Of a DNA stretch of 64,000 nucleotides, positions 51,621-61,282 are shown in pieces. The position numbers and the translations under genes are program-made. The notes under the pieces are model-generated. The model worked only from the letters and a program-made list of their open reading frames with translations, did not search any database and was not told the DNA's origin. The stretch comes from Thermodesulfobacteriota bacterium (GTDB taxonomy: Bacteria > Desulfobacterota_D > UBA1144 > Nemesobacterales > Nemesobacteraceae). The stretch spans positions 21,698 through 85,697 of the forward strand of contig OZ246948.1 in assembly GCA_965232155.1 (NCBI GenBank). The letters run 5' to 3'. Position 1 is the stretch's first letter. The number at the start of each line of letters is the position of its first letter.

Positions 51621-52607
51621 TTAAACCTCTATACTCCGTACGAAAGCCTCGTTGGCATTATACCAACTAAGCGAGTTTTCAATGCCGGTCTCGATATCAA
51701 AGCGGGGCTCCCAGTCTAAAATCCTTTTCGCCTTGTCCGTGCTTGCCAAGGTAATCTTTATATCAGAGGGATGCGGAGGGTTGCAAGTGATTTCAGCTTT
51801 TTTGCCGGTCCTGCGCTCTATTACGTCTATGGTTTCATTCAGGGAAACAGAGGTCGCACTTCCGAGGTTTATTATCTCAAAGCCCAGATTCCTTATCGCC
51901 AAGACAGTGCCCGCCGCGATATCGTCGACGTATGTAAAGTCCCTTTTCTGTTCTCCGTCACCGAGTATTACTATTTTCTCTCCTTCATTTATCCACTTTA
52001 TGAACCGAAAAATACTCATGTCGGGCCTTCCCGCCGGACCGTAAACCGTAAAGTAGCGAAGCACCGAGATGTCTATTCCGTAAAGAGAGTTATAAACCGA
52101 GCAAAGCCCTTCGGCCGATTTCTTTGAGGATGCGTACTGAGAAAGCTGATAATCGGTCTTCATGTCCTCCACGAAGGGAATTTCGTTTTCCCCGTAAACG
52201 CTTGAAGTGGAAGCGAGCACGAACTTGCCTATTCCTTCTGAGCGGCAGAACTCAAGGAGATTAAGAGTCCCCGTCACGTTAGCAGAGTAATATATCCAGG
52301 GATTTTCAATACTCTGGCGAACCCCGGCGCGGGCAGCAAGGTTAATAACGCAGTCAATTCGGCCTCCCTCGCAAGAACTCCTTATTCCCTCGCACACCGA
52401 AAAAAGCTTGGCATTATCCGATATGTCACACTTGAAAAAACTGAATCTATCAAGCCTGTGAAGGGTTTCAAGCCTGTAGTGCTTGAGTCTCACGTCGTAA
52501 GCATCGGACATGTTGTCGAGCCCGAAAACGAAATCTCCGCGTTCAAGGAGAAACTCACACACTCTGGCCCCTATAAATCCCGCGCAACCCGAAACAATTA
52601 TGTTCAT
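51621..52607 (-). CDS. NAD-dependent nucleotide-sugar epimerase, likely UDP-glucuronate 4-epimerase
   Basis: GCAGFIG Rossmann fold, YASSK, and the RYFTVYGPAGRPDM motif. Lies downstream of ugd. Confidence 0.8.
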   Translation of the reverse strand: MNIIVSGCAGFIGARVCEFLLERGDFVFGLDNMSDAYDVRLKHYRLETLHRLDRFSFFKCDISDNAKLFSVCEGIRSSCEGGRIDCVINLAARAGVRQSIENPWIYYSANVTGTLNLLEFCRSEGIGKFVLASTSSVYGENEIPFVEDMKTDYQLSQYASSKKSAEGLCSVYNSLYGIDISVLRYFTVYGPAGRPDMSIFRFIKWINEGEKIVILGDGEQKRDFTYVDDIAAGTVLAIRNLGFEIINLGSATSVSLNETIDVIERRTGKKAEITCNPPHPSDIKITLASTDKAKRILDWEPRFDIETGIENSLSWYNANEAFVRSIEV

Positions 52608-52638
52608 GATAGCAAGGACCGCTCCCGGTCCATTTTTG

Positions 52639-53937
52639 TCACCTGCCGACTCGAAAATATTTAATGCCTAATGCCTCAAGTCTCATGTAGTCATAGATAT
52701 TTCTTCCATCAAATATCACAGGGATCCTCATCATCTCTTTTATCATCTCGAAATTCGGCTGTCTGTACTGGCTCCACTCGGTGTGAATCACAAGGGCATC
52801 CGCGCCATTGCAGACATCATAGTAGGATTCAGAGTAATCCACGCTGTCTCCAAAGATGGTCCTGGCGCTCTCCATGGCAGCCGGGTCGTGTACGGCAACC
52901 GAACACCCCGCCTCAAGGAGTCTGCTTATTACGTAAAGCGACGGAGCCTCTCTTATGTCGTCTGTATTGGGTTTAAACGAGATTCCCCAGACGGCAATCT
53001 TCTTTCCGTCAAGGTCATCATCGAAGAATCGAGTTATCTTGTTGAAGAATCTTTCCTTCTGAGTGGCATTCACGCGGTCAACCGCGGTTACCACCCTGGG
53101 TTCATAGCCGACATCGTGCGCCATTTTCTCAAGAGCCCTTACGTCCTTTGGGAAACATGATCCTCCGTATCCGATTCCCGGGTAGAGATAATATCTGCCT
53201 ATCCTCGAATCGGAACCAACAACCGAGCGCACCTCGGATACGTTCGCGCCAAGAAGCTCGCACAGGTTAGCCACCTCGTTCATAAACGATATTCTGGTGG
53301 CGAGCATAGCGTTTGAGGCGTACTTTGACATTTCGGAAGACCGTATGGAAATCACGATTGTCCTGTCGGCGGACATCATGAAAGGGGCGTAAAGTTCCCT
53401 GAGAACCGAGCCTACCGACTCTTCCTCAACCCCTATGACAACTCTGTCGGGCTTAAGGAAATCATCAATCGCCGCACCTTCCTTTAGAAACTCCGGATTT
53501 GACGCCACGCCGAATTTCTGATCAGTAAGGGATTTTATGGTGTCGCGCACTTTCTCGGTAGTGCCCACGGGAACCGTGCTTTTGGTTATGACTATCTTAT
53601 AGCCGTCAAGATTTTCTCCTATTGACCGCGCCACCTCTAAAACAGAGGAGACATCGGCTTCGCCGTCCTCCTTCTGAGGAGTTCCAACCGCAATGAATAT
53701 CAGAAGGGACTCCCTGACGGCCAGAGCTATGTCGGTGGTAAAAGAAAGCCTTCCCTCATCTATGTTGCTGCGAACCATCTCATCGAGACCCGGCTCGAAA
53801 AACGGAACCTGCCCACGCTGAAGGCTTCTGACCTTGTCCTCGTCTATATCAACGCATATGACATCGTTTCCGCTTCCGGCAAAACACGTTCCCGTGACAA
53901 GACCCACGTAACCCGTTCCTATAACGGCTAATTTCAT
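52639..53937 (-). CDS. ugd: UDP-glucose 6-dehydrogenase (UDP-glucose/GDP-mannose dehydrogenase family)
   Basis: MKLAVIGTGYVG... GGSCFPKD catalytic Cys. Confidence 0.9.
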   Translation of the reverse strand: MKLAVIGTGYVGLVTGTCFAGSGNDVICVDIDEDKVRSLQRGQVPFFEPGLDEMVRSNIDEGRLSFTTDIALAVRESLLIFIAVGTPQKEDGEADVSSVLEVARSIGENLDGYKIVITKSTVPVGTTEKVRDTIKSLTDQKFGVASNPEFLKEGAAIDDFLKPDRVVIGVEEESVGSVLRELYAPFMMSADRTIVISIRSSEMSKYASNAMLATRISFMNEVANLCELLGANVSEVRSVVGSDSRIGRYYLYPGIGYGGSCFPKDVRALEKMAHDVGYEPRVVTAVDRVNATQKERFFNKITRFFDDDLDGKKIAVWGISFKPNTDDIREAPSLYVISRLLEAGCSVAVHDPAAMESARTIFGDSVDYSESYYDVCNGADALVIHTEWSQYRQPNFEMIKEMMRIPVIFDGRNIYDYMRLEALGIKYFRVGR

Positions 53938-54101
53938 CTGTTAAATCTCCTCGGAAAAACCCGTAAGCTGAACTAATACAGGCATTCTTCATAACTAAAA
54001 AGACAACATAGGGTACAACAAATCCCTAAAAAATAAACAGAACCAAGGAAAACCCGCAACGGGCAAAGTATAGTTACAGGAAAAAAGCAAGGAGGCGGAT
54101 A

Positions 54102-54515
54102 TTGAAATCTCACACCGAGTATCTTTGGTTCAACACGGACAAAAAAAGGGAGTTCGTTCATATAACTCCGACGATAAGGCAGATCGTGCAGCAAAGCGGC
54201 ATAACCGAGGGTTTTGTCCTCGTGTCCGCGATGCATATAACGGCTTCTGTCTTCGTAAACGACTTCGAGCAAGGGCTTTTCGAGGACATCTGGGAGTGGC
54301 TTGAAGGCCTTTCCCCCTTCAGGGAAGATTACAAACACCACCGCACGGGGGAAGACAACGGAGACGCTCACCTGAAAAATCTCCTCATGCACCACCAGGT
54401 GATGGTTCCCGTGACGGAAGGAGACCTTGACCTCGGCCCTTGGCAGGAAATCTTCTACGGGGAGTTTGACGGAAGGAGAAGAAAAAGGGTGGTCGTGAAA
54501 GCTATCGGAATATGA
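54102..54515 (+). CDS. yjbQ: YjbQ/UPF0047 family secondary thiamine-phosphate synthase-like protein. TTG start with an AAGGAGG Shine-Dalgarno.
   Basis: 137 aa with the family pattern. Confidence 0.75.
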   Translation: MKSHTEYLWFNTDKKREFVHITPTIRQIVQQSGITEGFVLVSAMHITASVFVNDFEQGLFEDIWEWLEGLSPFREDYKHHRTGEDNGDAHLKNLLMHHQVMVPVTEGDLDLGPWQEIFYGEFDGRRRKRVVVKAIGI

Positions 54516-54970
54516 AAAACAGACAAGAGAGCAAAGAACCCAGAATATTCATAGACAGCCGAGGCAGGTGGTTTCACGACGGGGTCAGAATAACCCACAG
54601 GTGGACATACCTTGAGAACAACAAGAACCTCGATGTAGACACAGACGGAAGGCTTTTCGTCGAAGAGCAAGGGAGCAGAGTTTACGTCAAGTGCGAGGAT
54701 ACCCCTTTTGTTGTTACCATGGTCACCAGAACGGAGGACGGTTTTTCAATAAGGTTAAACGACGAGTCCCGGGAAGAACTGGATTTCACCACTCTAACTA
54801 TAGCCGAGCAGAATATACCGTACATAAGGGTAAAAAACGGGAAGTTCGAGGCTAGGCTGCTTCGCGCGGCCTACTACGAACTAATGAGACACGCAGGAAA
54901 AGACGAAAAAGGCTTTTACCTGGAATCCGGAGGGGGCAGGTACTACCTGCACGCGGCTCAGGAACCGTAA
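54512..54970 (+). CDS. DUF1285 domain protein
   Basis: [17 protein letters not shown]. Confidence 0.6.
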   Translation: MKNRQESKEPRIFIDSRGRWFHDGVRITHRWTYLENNKNLDVDTDGRLFVEEQGSRVYVKCEDTPFVVTMVTRTEDGFSIRLNDESREELDFTTLTIAEQNIPYIRVKNGKFEARLLRAAYYELMRHAGKDEKGFYLESGGGRYYLHAAQEP

Positions 54971-55031
54971 AAACTACAAGTAAGTTTACTGCAGGAACAT
55001 TCTGTATCCCGTAGACTTCAAGGACTCTGTT

Positions 55032-55766
55032 TTGAACCACATTAAAAAACTCCAGACCAAGCTTGAGGAAGTCTCTGATGAGAAGACAAAAAAATGGTTT
55101 GAGGATTATCTGAAAAACGTCATCTCATACAGAGGAGTAAAGACCCCTGTAGTTACCAAGATCGTCAGTCAATGGAGAGCTGATGAGGCTATTGACAAGC
55201 TGCCTCTGAAAAAACAGATGGAGATAGCATGCGACCTGATCAGAAAGGAAAAAGCCGAAGACAAGCTTGCCGGAATCGTATATATACAGAAATACCTCTC
55301 GAGCAAGGTAGAAGCCGATATCCTGCTTCGGAACTTCAATGACCTTTACAATCAGGGAGCATTCTGTAACTGGTCAACTACCGACTGGTTCTGCGTTCGA
55401 GTTCTTGATCCTCTTATAATGAAGTCAGAGGATGCGGTCGCACAGAAAATAGGCTCCTGGTACAAAAGCGGAAACCTCTGGCAAAGAAGGTCATCAGTAG
55501 TTTCATTCAGAGGCTCGGCAAAAGAAAATAAGCACCTGGCAATCATAAAAAGAAATATAGCCTCTCTGGTAAAAGAAGATGAAAGATTCATTCAGACAGC
55601 TATTGGCTGGGTGATCTCGGACTTATCCCGCTATTACCCCGGTGAAGCAAATGATATCGTATCGAAGCATTTCTCAGATCTTTCATACGAAGTGATCAAC
55701 CGGCATACCAAATACTTGCCAGACCACAAAAAATTAAAAGAGAGAAAGAGAAAGTCGTTACGGTAG
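55032..55766 (+). CDS. DNA alkylation repair protein (AlkD/AlkC-like HEAT-repeat)
   Basis: KWFEDYLKN...GVKTPV... pattern. Confidence 0.65.
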   Translation: MNHIKKLQTKLEEVSDEKTKKWFEDYLKNVISYRGVKTPVVTKIVSQWRADEAIDKLPLKKQMEIACDLIRKEKAEDKLAGIVYIQKYLSSKVEADILLRNFNDLYNQGAFCNWSTTDWFCVRVLDPLIMKSEDAVAQKIGSWYKSGNLWQRRSSVVSFRGSAKENKHLAIIKRNIASLVKEDERFIQTAIGWVISDLSRYYPGEANDIVSKHFSDLSYEVINRHTKYLPDHKKLKERKRKSLR

Positions 55767-56126
55767 CTGAAAATTCCGTTTAGAACAGGAGAAAAAGGAG
55801 AATAACACCAGATTTAAGAACCGTCTGATTAAATTTGTTTGAAACCTGTTGGGGCATGGGTTACTCTGTCTCTGCAAATTATCGGCTCCGTCCGTCCGGA
55901 AAACAGATTTTGCAGTGCGGGCCACAAAACTGCGTATTGAAATCGCGATCAGCCTTGTCAATGCGATTGGAGAAAAAATGCCGCAAATTGAAATTATCAC
56001 GGTTTCGTCGCAATCGGGACAATCGAGGTCTCTACGGCCCGTAGTTTCCACAGTGGCTATGCGTATTATGCCGGTGATATCCGTACTCACGAAAACCCAT
56101 GCGGGAATGCGTAATGGAGGACTGGG

Positions 56127-56807
56127 TTGACTTGCTGGGGTTATACAGGGGCCGAAGGTCCCGATAACTGGGGCTCGCTCTCGCCGGATTATGCGACCTG
56201 CGCTATCGGACGCATGCAGTCGCCGATTGACATCACCGATGCCTTTCCCGTCAAGGGGCCGGCACTTGAATTTGATTACAAGCCCTGTTCTCTTAAGATT
56301 TTAAACACCGGACATACCCTCCAGGTAAATTACGCACCCGGCAGCACGCTGACCGCTGCAGGTGAAATTTACGAACTGTTGCAGTTTCACTTCCACATTC
56401 CGAGCGAACATGCCTTTGATGGTTCGCACGCGGCGATGGAGGCACATTTCGTACACAAAAACCCAGCAGGCATACTGGCAGTGGTCGGTGTTATGATGGA
56501 AATAGGCACACAAAACCATGCTCTGGCTGAGGTGCTTGACAACGCACCGACAGAGGCAGGGATAGAAGTTGATGTTGCGGGCACAACGGTGGATGCATCT
56601 GCGATACTGCCGACGGCGACCACCGGCTACTTCCATTACAAGGGGTCGCTAACCACCCCTCCCTGCACTGAGGGAGTACACTGGTTCATTTTTCCGGACG
56701 CAATTGAGGTGAGTGCAGAACAGTTCGCAAGCTTTGAACGGATGTTCGGACACAATGCACGTCCGTTACAAAAGCGCAACGACCGTCTGCTGATTGTATC
56801 TTCGTAG
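56127..56807 (+). CDS. Alpha-class carbonic anhydrase. TTG start, no signal peptide in frame.
   Basis: WGYTGAEGPDNW...QSPIDI...HFHIPSEH...GSLTTPPCTEGVHW. An in-frame TAA sits at 56112-56114, immediately upstream. Confidence 0.8.
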   Translation: MTCWGYTGAEGPDNWGSLSPDYATCAIGRMQSPIDITDAFPVKGPALEFDYKPCSLKILNTGHTLQVNYAPGSTLTAAGEIYELLQFHFHIPSEHAFDGSHAAMEAHFVHKNPAGILAVVGVMMEIGTQNHALAEVLDNAPTEAGIEVDVAGTTVDASAILPTATTGYFHYKGSLTTPPCTEGVHWFIFPDAIEVSAEQFASFERMFGHNARPLQKRNDRLLIVSS

Positions 56808-56980
56808 TTCCCTGAAATCGTTTGGGATTTACCGGAAAAGAGGGAAACTGGCCGTCGAGTATCTGAAAGTATATTCTGAATTTTGCTGAGTGGTTATTTC
56901 CGATCAGTTATTCCTGTATGGTTGAAGAGTTCAGGTCGGGATCTTAAAAGTAAAACAAGCAGAACTGTAGCCCTGTAAAA

Positions 56981-58171
56981 TCAGTGAAAAACCCCGCACA
57001 CCCTTGCGACCAGCTCATCTGTGAAGACCCTTCCCTTGGCGGTGAGCCTGAGACGGCCGCTGTCGGTCAGAATGAAACCGTCAGACTCAAGGTATTCGAG
57101 GCTAGGAGTGTCAGGCTCGCAGCCGAAGCGCCTTTTTACGTCTTCAATTCCTATCCCGTCACTTAGCCGAAGCCCCATAAGAAGCGTATCTTCAAGGGCT
57201 GTTGTCCGCGATATATCGTAGGAGGCACAGACAGCATTTCCGTCCCCCGTAACTCGCCTCATGTAAAGTTCGGGATTCCTTGTGTTCGACCACCTTTTCC
57301 CCCACCCTTCTTCTCCACCGCGGCTAATGTGGGAATGGGCCCCGGCGCCCACGCCCAAGTAATCATGACAGTTCCAGTAAATAAGGTTATGCCTGCACTC
57401 GTAGCCACGCCGGGCAAAATTCGATATCTCGTAATTGCCGTACCCCTCTGCCTCAAGAATCTCCCGCGCGCTCCGCATGAACTCAACCAGAACCGAGTCA
57501 TCAGGAAGAGAGAGTTGCCCTTTGCGCCGAAGCGTCGCAAATTCGGTGCCGGGTTCAATCGTAAGGCAGTAGGCGGATATATGGGTCGGAGAAAAACTCA
57601 AGGCAGTGCGTATATCGTTCTCAAACTCTTCCCGGGTCTCCTGCGAACTCCCGTATATAAGATCAAGGTTATAGTTGTGAAAACCGGCGTCCCGGACATC
57701 AACAAGCGCGCGGACGCAGTCGCCGGGAGTCGTGAATCTTCCGTAGAAATCGAGCTTTCTCTGCGAAAAAGACTGCACACCGACGCTTATTCTGTTTACC
57801 CCGACGCGCATGAGTGAAACAAGCTTTTCCCTGTCGGCGGTTCTCGGGTTTACCTCAAGGCTCACTTCTATCTTGGGCGAAAAGGAAGCAATCGAGGCGA
57901 GCTTCTCCATTACCATCCCTACGCTTCTGGGTTTAAAAAGTGACGGGGTCCCTCCCCCGAAAAACACCGTGCTTATCTCTCTGCCCTCAATAATGCCCTG
58001 GAAACTTTCAATTTCCCGTTCCAGAGCACGGACGTAATCATCTTCCGGAAAGTTGCCATTAGTCCCATAAGAGTTAAAATCACAATAAGGACATTTGGTA
58101 AGACAATACGGAATATGGACATACACGCCCAGGGGCGTTTGGTGTTTATCGATATTCTCTTTCATCCACAC
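56981..58171 (-). CDS. hemW: Radical-SAM HemW/HemN-like protein (heme chaperone / oxygen-independent coproporphyrinogen oxidase-like)
   Basis: CxxxCxYC in HIPYCLTKCPYCDF; 396 aa. Confidence 0.85.
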   Translation of the reverse strand: MWMKENIDKHQTPLGVYVHIPYCLTKCPYCDFNSYGTNGNFPEDDYVRALEREIESFQGIIEGREISTVFFGGGTPSLFKPRSVGMVMEKLASIASFSPKIEVSLEVNPRTADREKLVSLMRVGVNRISVGVQSFSQRKLDFYGRFTTPGDCVRALVDVRDAGFHNYNLDLIYGSSQETREEFENDIRTALSFSPTHISAYCLTIEPGTEFATLRRKGQLSLPDDSVLVEFMRSAREILEAEGYGNYEISNFARRGYECRHNLIYWNCHDYLGVGAGAHSHISRGGEEGWGKRWSNTRNPELYMRRVTGDGNAVCASYDISRTTALEDTLLMGLRLSDGIGIEDVKRRFGCEPDTPSLEYLESDGFILTDSGRLRLTAKGRVFTDELVARVCGVFH

Positions 58172-58196
58172 TCAAGCGACACGCCACGGTTACCAC

Positions 58197-59426
58197 ATGA
58201 TGAGTATACCGAAAAATTCCCTCCTTCTTCTCAGTTCACTGCTGCTGCTTTCCCAGACCGCTTGGGGACAGGAAGTAATCCCGGTTGAACGGGCCGTCGA
58301 GATAGCATTGCTTAACAGCCCTGAACTCCGGATTTCCCGTTCCGAGGTCGACATCTCGAAATCAATACTCAGGCAGGCAAAGGCCCCCCTTTATCCCCAG
58401 ATTAGCGGAAAACTCGTAGTGCCGTTTGTGGGAAGGGAATCTGGTTTTTACGTCGACCAGATGATATGGGACTTCGGAAAGACAAGAGCCAGAGTAAGGG
58501 CAAGAAAACATTATCTGGAATCCGCAAGATATTTGTTTACGGGCTCAGAAACGATGCTCGTGCGCGACACGCGCATCGCCTACTATCAGGCGCTTTCCGA
58601 GAAAAATCGGCTCGATGGAGCAACCACGGAAACCAAGCGCAGAGAATGGCTCCTTGAGAAAACAGAAGAACTCTTCGCCGTCGGGAAAAAAACCACCCAG
58701 CAGCTAAACCAGGCAGAAATCGATCTGCAACAGGCAAAACTCGAAATGGTTTCAAGAGAAAATTCCTACGAACTCGCCATGCTTACCCTAAGACACCTGA
58801 TGAACGACTCCTCGCTCGGACAATTTGACATCCGCGAGGATCTTGCCTATGAGAACGTACACGAAACCAGAGAAGAGCTTGTCAGCTTCGCCCTTTCCGA
58901 AAACGCGGAGATAAAGAGTCTTCTGGCGGACCGCGATGGAATAAGGGCCTCGATTGCAGAGAGCAGGGGAAAATTCCTCCCGTCGGTATTCGGCAGGGCG
59001 GCGTACAGATTTGAAGGAGAAGGAGCCCAGACGCCGGCTTTTATCGCCGGGCTCGGCGTTAAGGTTCCTATCTTCGAGGGATTCTCAAGGTTCGGCCAAA
59101 TGGCGCAGTCAAAGGCTGAACTCACAAGAAACGAGGCGCAGACAGAATTGCTCAGAAACAGAATCATTCTTTCGGTTGGGGAACTCTATCTCGAACTCAA
59201 GCACCTTGAGAAAAAAATAAAAATACTTGGGGATTCAAAATCGATATCGGGAAAGAACCTGAGTCTTGCAAAGGAAAAATACGAATCCCGAAGCGTTTCA
59301 AAAATAGAATTCGCCGAAGCCCAGTCGCTTTATGAAGAGGCGGTAGCTGACTACAAAAACTCCATATATGACTATAAAATAGCAAGGTTAAGGCTTTTAA
59401 GCCTCTGCGGAAAAAAGATACAATGA
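58197..59426 (+). CDS. TolC-family outer-membrane efflux protein
   Basis: Signal peptide MMSIPKNSLLLLSSLLLLSQTAWGQ, with TolC-like coiled-coil repeats. Confidence 0.8.
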   Translation: MMSIPKNSLLLLSSLLLLSQTAWGQEVIPVERAVEIALLNSPELRISRSEVDISKSILRQAKAPLYPQISGKLVVPFVGRESGFYVDQMIWDFGKTRARVRARKHYLESARYLFTGSETMLVRDTRIAYYQALSEKNRLDGATTETKRREWLLEKTEELFAVGKKTTQQLNQAEIDLQQAKLEMVSRENSYELAMLTLRHLMNDSSLGQFDIREDLAYENVHETREELVSFALSENAEIKSLLADRDGIRASIAESRGKFLPSVFGRAAYRFEGEGAQTPAFIAGLGVKVPIFEGFSRFGQMAQSKAELTRNEAQTELLRNRIILSVGELYLELKHLEKKIKILGDSKSISGKNLSLAKEKYESRSVSKIEFAEAQSLYEEAVADYKNSIYDYKIARLRLLSLCGKKIQ

Positions 59427-60559
59427 AAAATTTCCCCCGCTCAAAGCTTCTCTACGCCCTCGCCGCCGTAGTCGTTATCGCAGGATACTTCATCTTTTTC
59501 GGAGGAAAGGAAGGCAAGATAGAGTACGTAACGCAGAAAATCGAGAGAGGAGACATAACTTCCCTTGTAAGAGCCTCCGGAACCTTAAAACCGACCAAGG
59601 AAGCAAGGATATATTCACGGATAAACGGAACGATAAAGGAAATCCGCTCGGAGGTAAACGATGAGGTCACAAAGGGCCAGGTGCTTGCTCTCATGGAAGA
59701 ACCGGAAGGACTCTCGGGAGACGTAGAATATTTCAAGGAAATACTTAAGAAGACCGCAACCGACCTTGAGATTTCAGCCAACTCGCACGAAGCAAACAAA
59801 AGACTCTACGAAAAAGAGCTTATTTCCCGGGAGGAGTTCAACTTATCTCTTTCAGAGCACAGCGCGGCGGTCGCCGCGCGGGAGAAGGCCCGGGCCGATT
59901 TGGAAACGGCACAGAGAAAACTTGACGCAACACGAATAACTTCCATGCTTGACGGCATGGTGCTTGAAAAAAACATCATAATCGGCGAACAGATACATCC
60001 GAACAAATCCGAACCCCTGTACGTGCTCGCTGAAAATCCTCGAACCCTCCACCTAGTCTCAAACGTAAGCGAAGCGGACATAGGAAAAATAAAAGAGGGT
60101 CAGGATGTCCTCTTCAGAGTTGACGCATTTCCGGGCAAGAATTTCAGTGCAAAGGTAAAGCAAGTGGCAAACTCCCCAAGCATAAAAAACGACGTCGTCA
60201 CCTACGACGTAACTTGCCTTGTGGAGAACCCGGAACTCGAGCTAAAACCTGGTATGACCGCCGAAGTGAAGAAAGTCATATCAACCAAAAAAAACGTGCT
60301 TAAAATTCCCACTGCCGCACTTCGCTTCATTCCTCCGAAATCTTCAGCCGTCGCTGCTGAGTCAGGCGAAAACGCCTGGATACTCAGGCAAGGAAAACTT
60401 TCCCCCGTAGAAATAGAGACCGGGATAAGTGACGACTTCCACACAGAGATTCTAAGCGGTCCGCTTTCCGAAGGAGATGAAATAGTGGTTGAGTACACGA
60501 TTTCCGGCGGAAACAACAAAGGACCGGGCTTTGCGCTTCCCCAGCCGAAAAGATTCTGA
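59423..60559 (+). CDS. Efflux periplasmic adaptor (membrane fusion protein, MacA/HlyD family)
   Basis: N-terminal TM segment followed by lipoyl and beta-barrel domains. Confidence 0.85.
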   Translation: MKNFPRSKLLYALAAVVVIAGYFIFFGGKEGKIEYVTQKIERGDITSLVRASGTLKPTKEARIYSRINGTIKEIRSEVNDEVTKGQVLALMEEPEGLSGDVEYFKEILKKTATDLEISANSHEANKRLYEKELISREEFNLSLSEHSAAVAAREKARADLETAQRKLDATRITSMLDGMVLEKNIIIGEQIHPNKSEPLYVLAENPRTLHLVSNVSEADIGKIKEGQDVLFRVDAFPGKNFSAKVKQVANSPSIKNDVVTYDVTCLVENPELELKPGMTAEVKKVISTKKNVLKIPTAALRFIPPKSSAVAAESGENAWILRQGKLSPVEIETGISDDFHTEILSGPLSEGDEIVVEYTISGGNNKGPGFALPQPKRF

Positions 60560-61254
60560 TGACACCGCCCGTAATCAAGCTTAAGAACATCGGCAAAACC
60601 TACTCGAACGGAAAAGTCGAGGTCGAGGCGCTTCGGTCCATAAACCTTCAGATCGCACAAGGAGAATTCGTCGCCATCATGGGATCTTCGGGATCCGGCA
60701 AAAGCACCCTTATGAACATTCTCGGCTGCCTCGATGTGCAGAGCAGCGGAAACTACATGCTTGATGGTACCGACATAATGGAACTCGGAAGCGATGAGAA
60801 GGCGGAAATACGGAGCACGAAAATTGGCTTTGTCTTCCAGAGCTTTAACCTGCTGCCGCGTACGACGGCAATTGAAAACGTGGAACTGCCGCTGGTCTAC
60901 TCAGACATGCCGGGGAACGAGAGAAAAAAGCTTGCTTCGGCCGCACTTTCTCTGGTGGGACTCGCAGACAGAGCAGACCATCTTCCCAATCAGCTCTCGG
61001 GGGGACAGCAGCAGAGGGTGGCGATCGCAAGGGCGGTCGTAAACAACCCGAGGATGATACTGGCAGATGAACCAACCGGGAACCTGGATACGGCAACCAG
61101 TTACGAGATAATGAAGATATTCAAAGAACTGAACGAACAGGGAAAAACAATAGTAATGATAACGCACGAAGAAGACATAGCTTCCCGGTCAAAGAGAATA
61201 ATAAACCTCAAGGACGGGGAGATCGTAAAGGACAGCCCGAACGACCCGATTTAG
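60559..61254 (+). CDS. ABC transporter ATP-binding protein (MacB/LolD/FtsE-like). No fused or adjacent permease.
   Basis: GSSGSGKST Walker A, LSGGQQQRV, Walker B, and the H loop. Confidence 0.9.
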   Translation: MTPPVIKLKNIGKTYSNGKVEVEALRSINLQIAQGEFVAIMGSSGSGKSTLMNILGCLDVQSSGNYMLDGTDIMELGSDEKAEIRSTKIGFVFQSFNLLPRTTAIENVELPLVYSDMPGNERKKLASAALSLVGLADRADHLPNQLSGGQQQRVAIARAVVNNPRMILADEPTGNLDTATSYEIMKIFKELNEQGKTIVMITHEEDIASRSKRIINLKDGEIVKDSPNDPI

Positions 61255-61282
61255 CTCCGCCGACGCTCGCGAGGGGCTCTAA

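Noticed and set aside
55849-56130. The 93-aa ORF upstream of the carbonic anhydrase, as a possible frameshifted signal peptide
   Set aside because: It is in a different frame, and its hydrophobic stretch is short (MRIMPVISVL) with no clear AxA site. It is kept only as a hypothesis inside the carbonic anhydrase finding.
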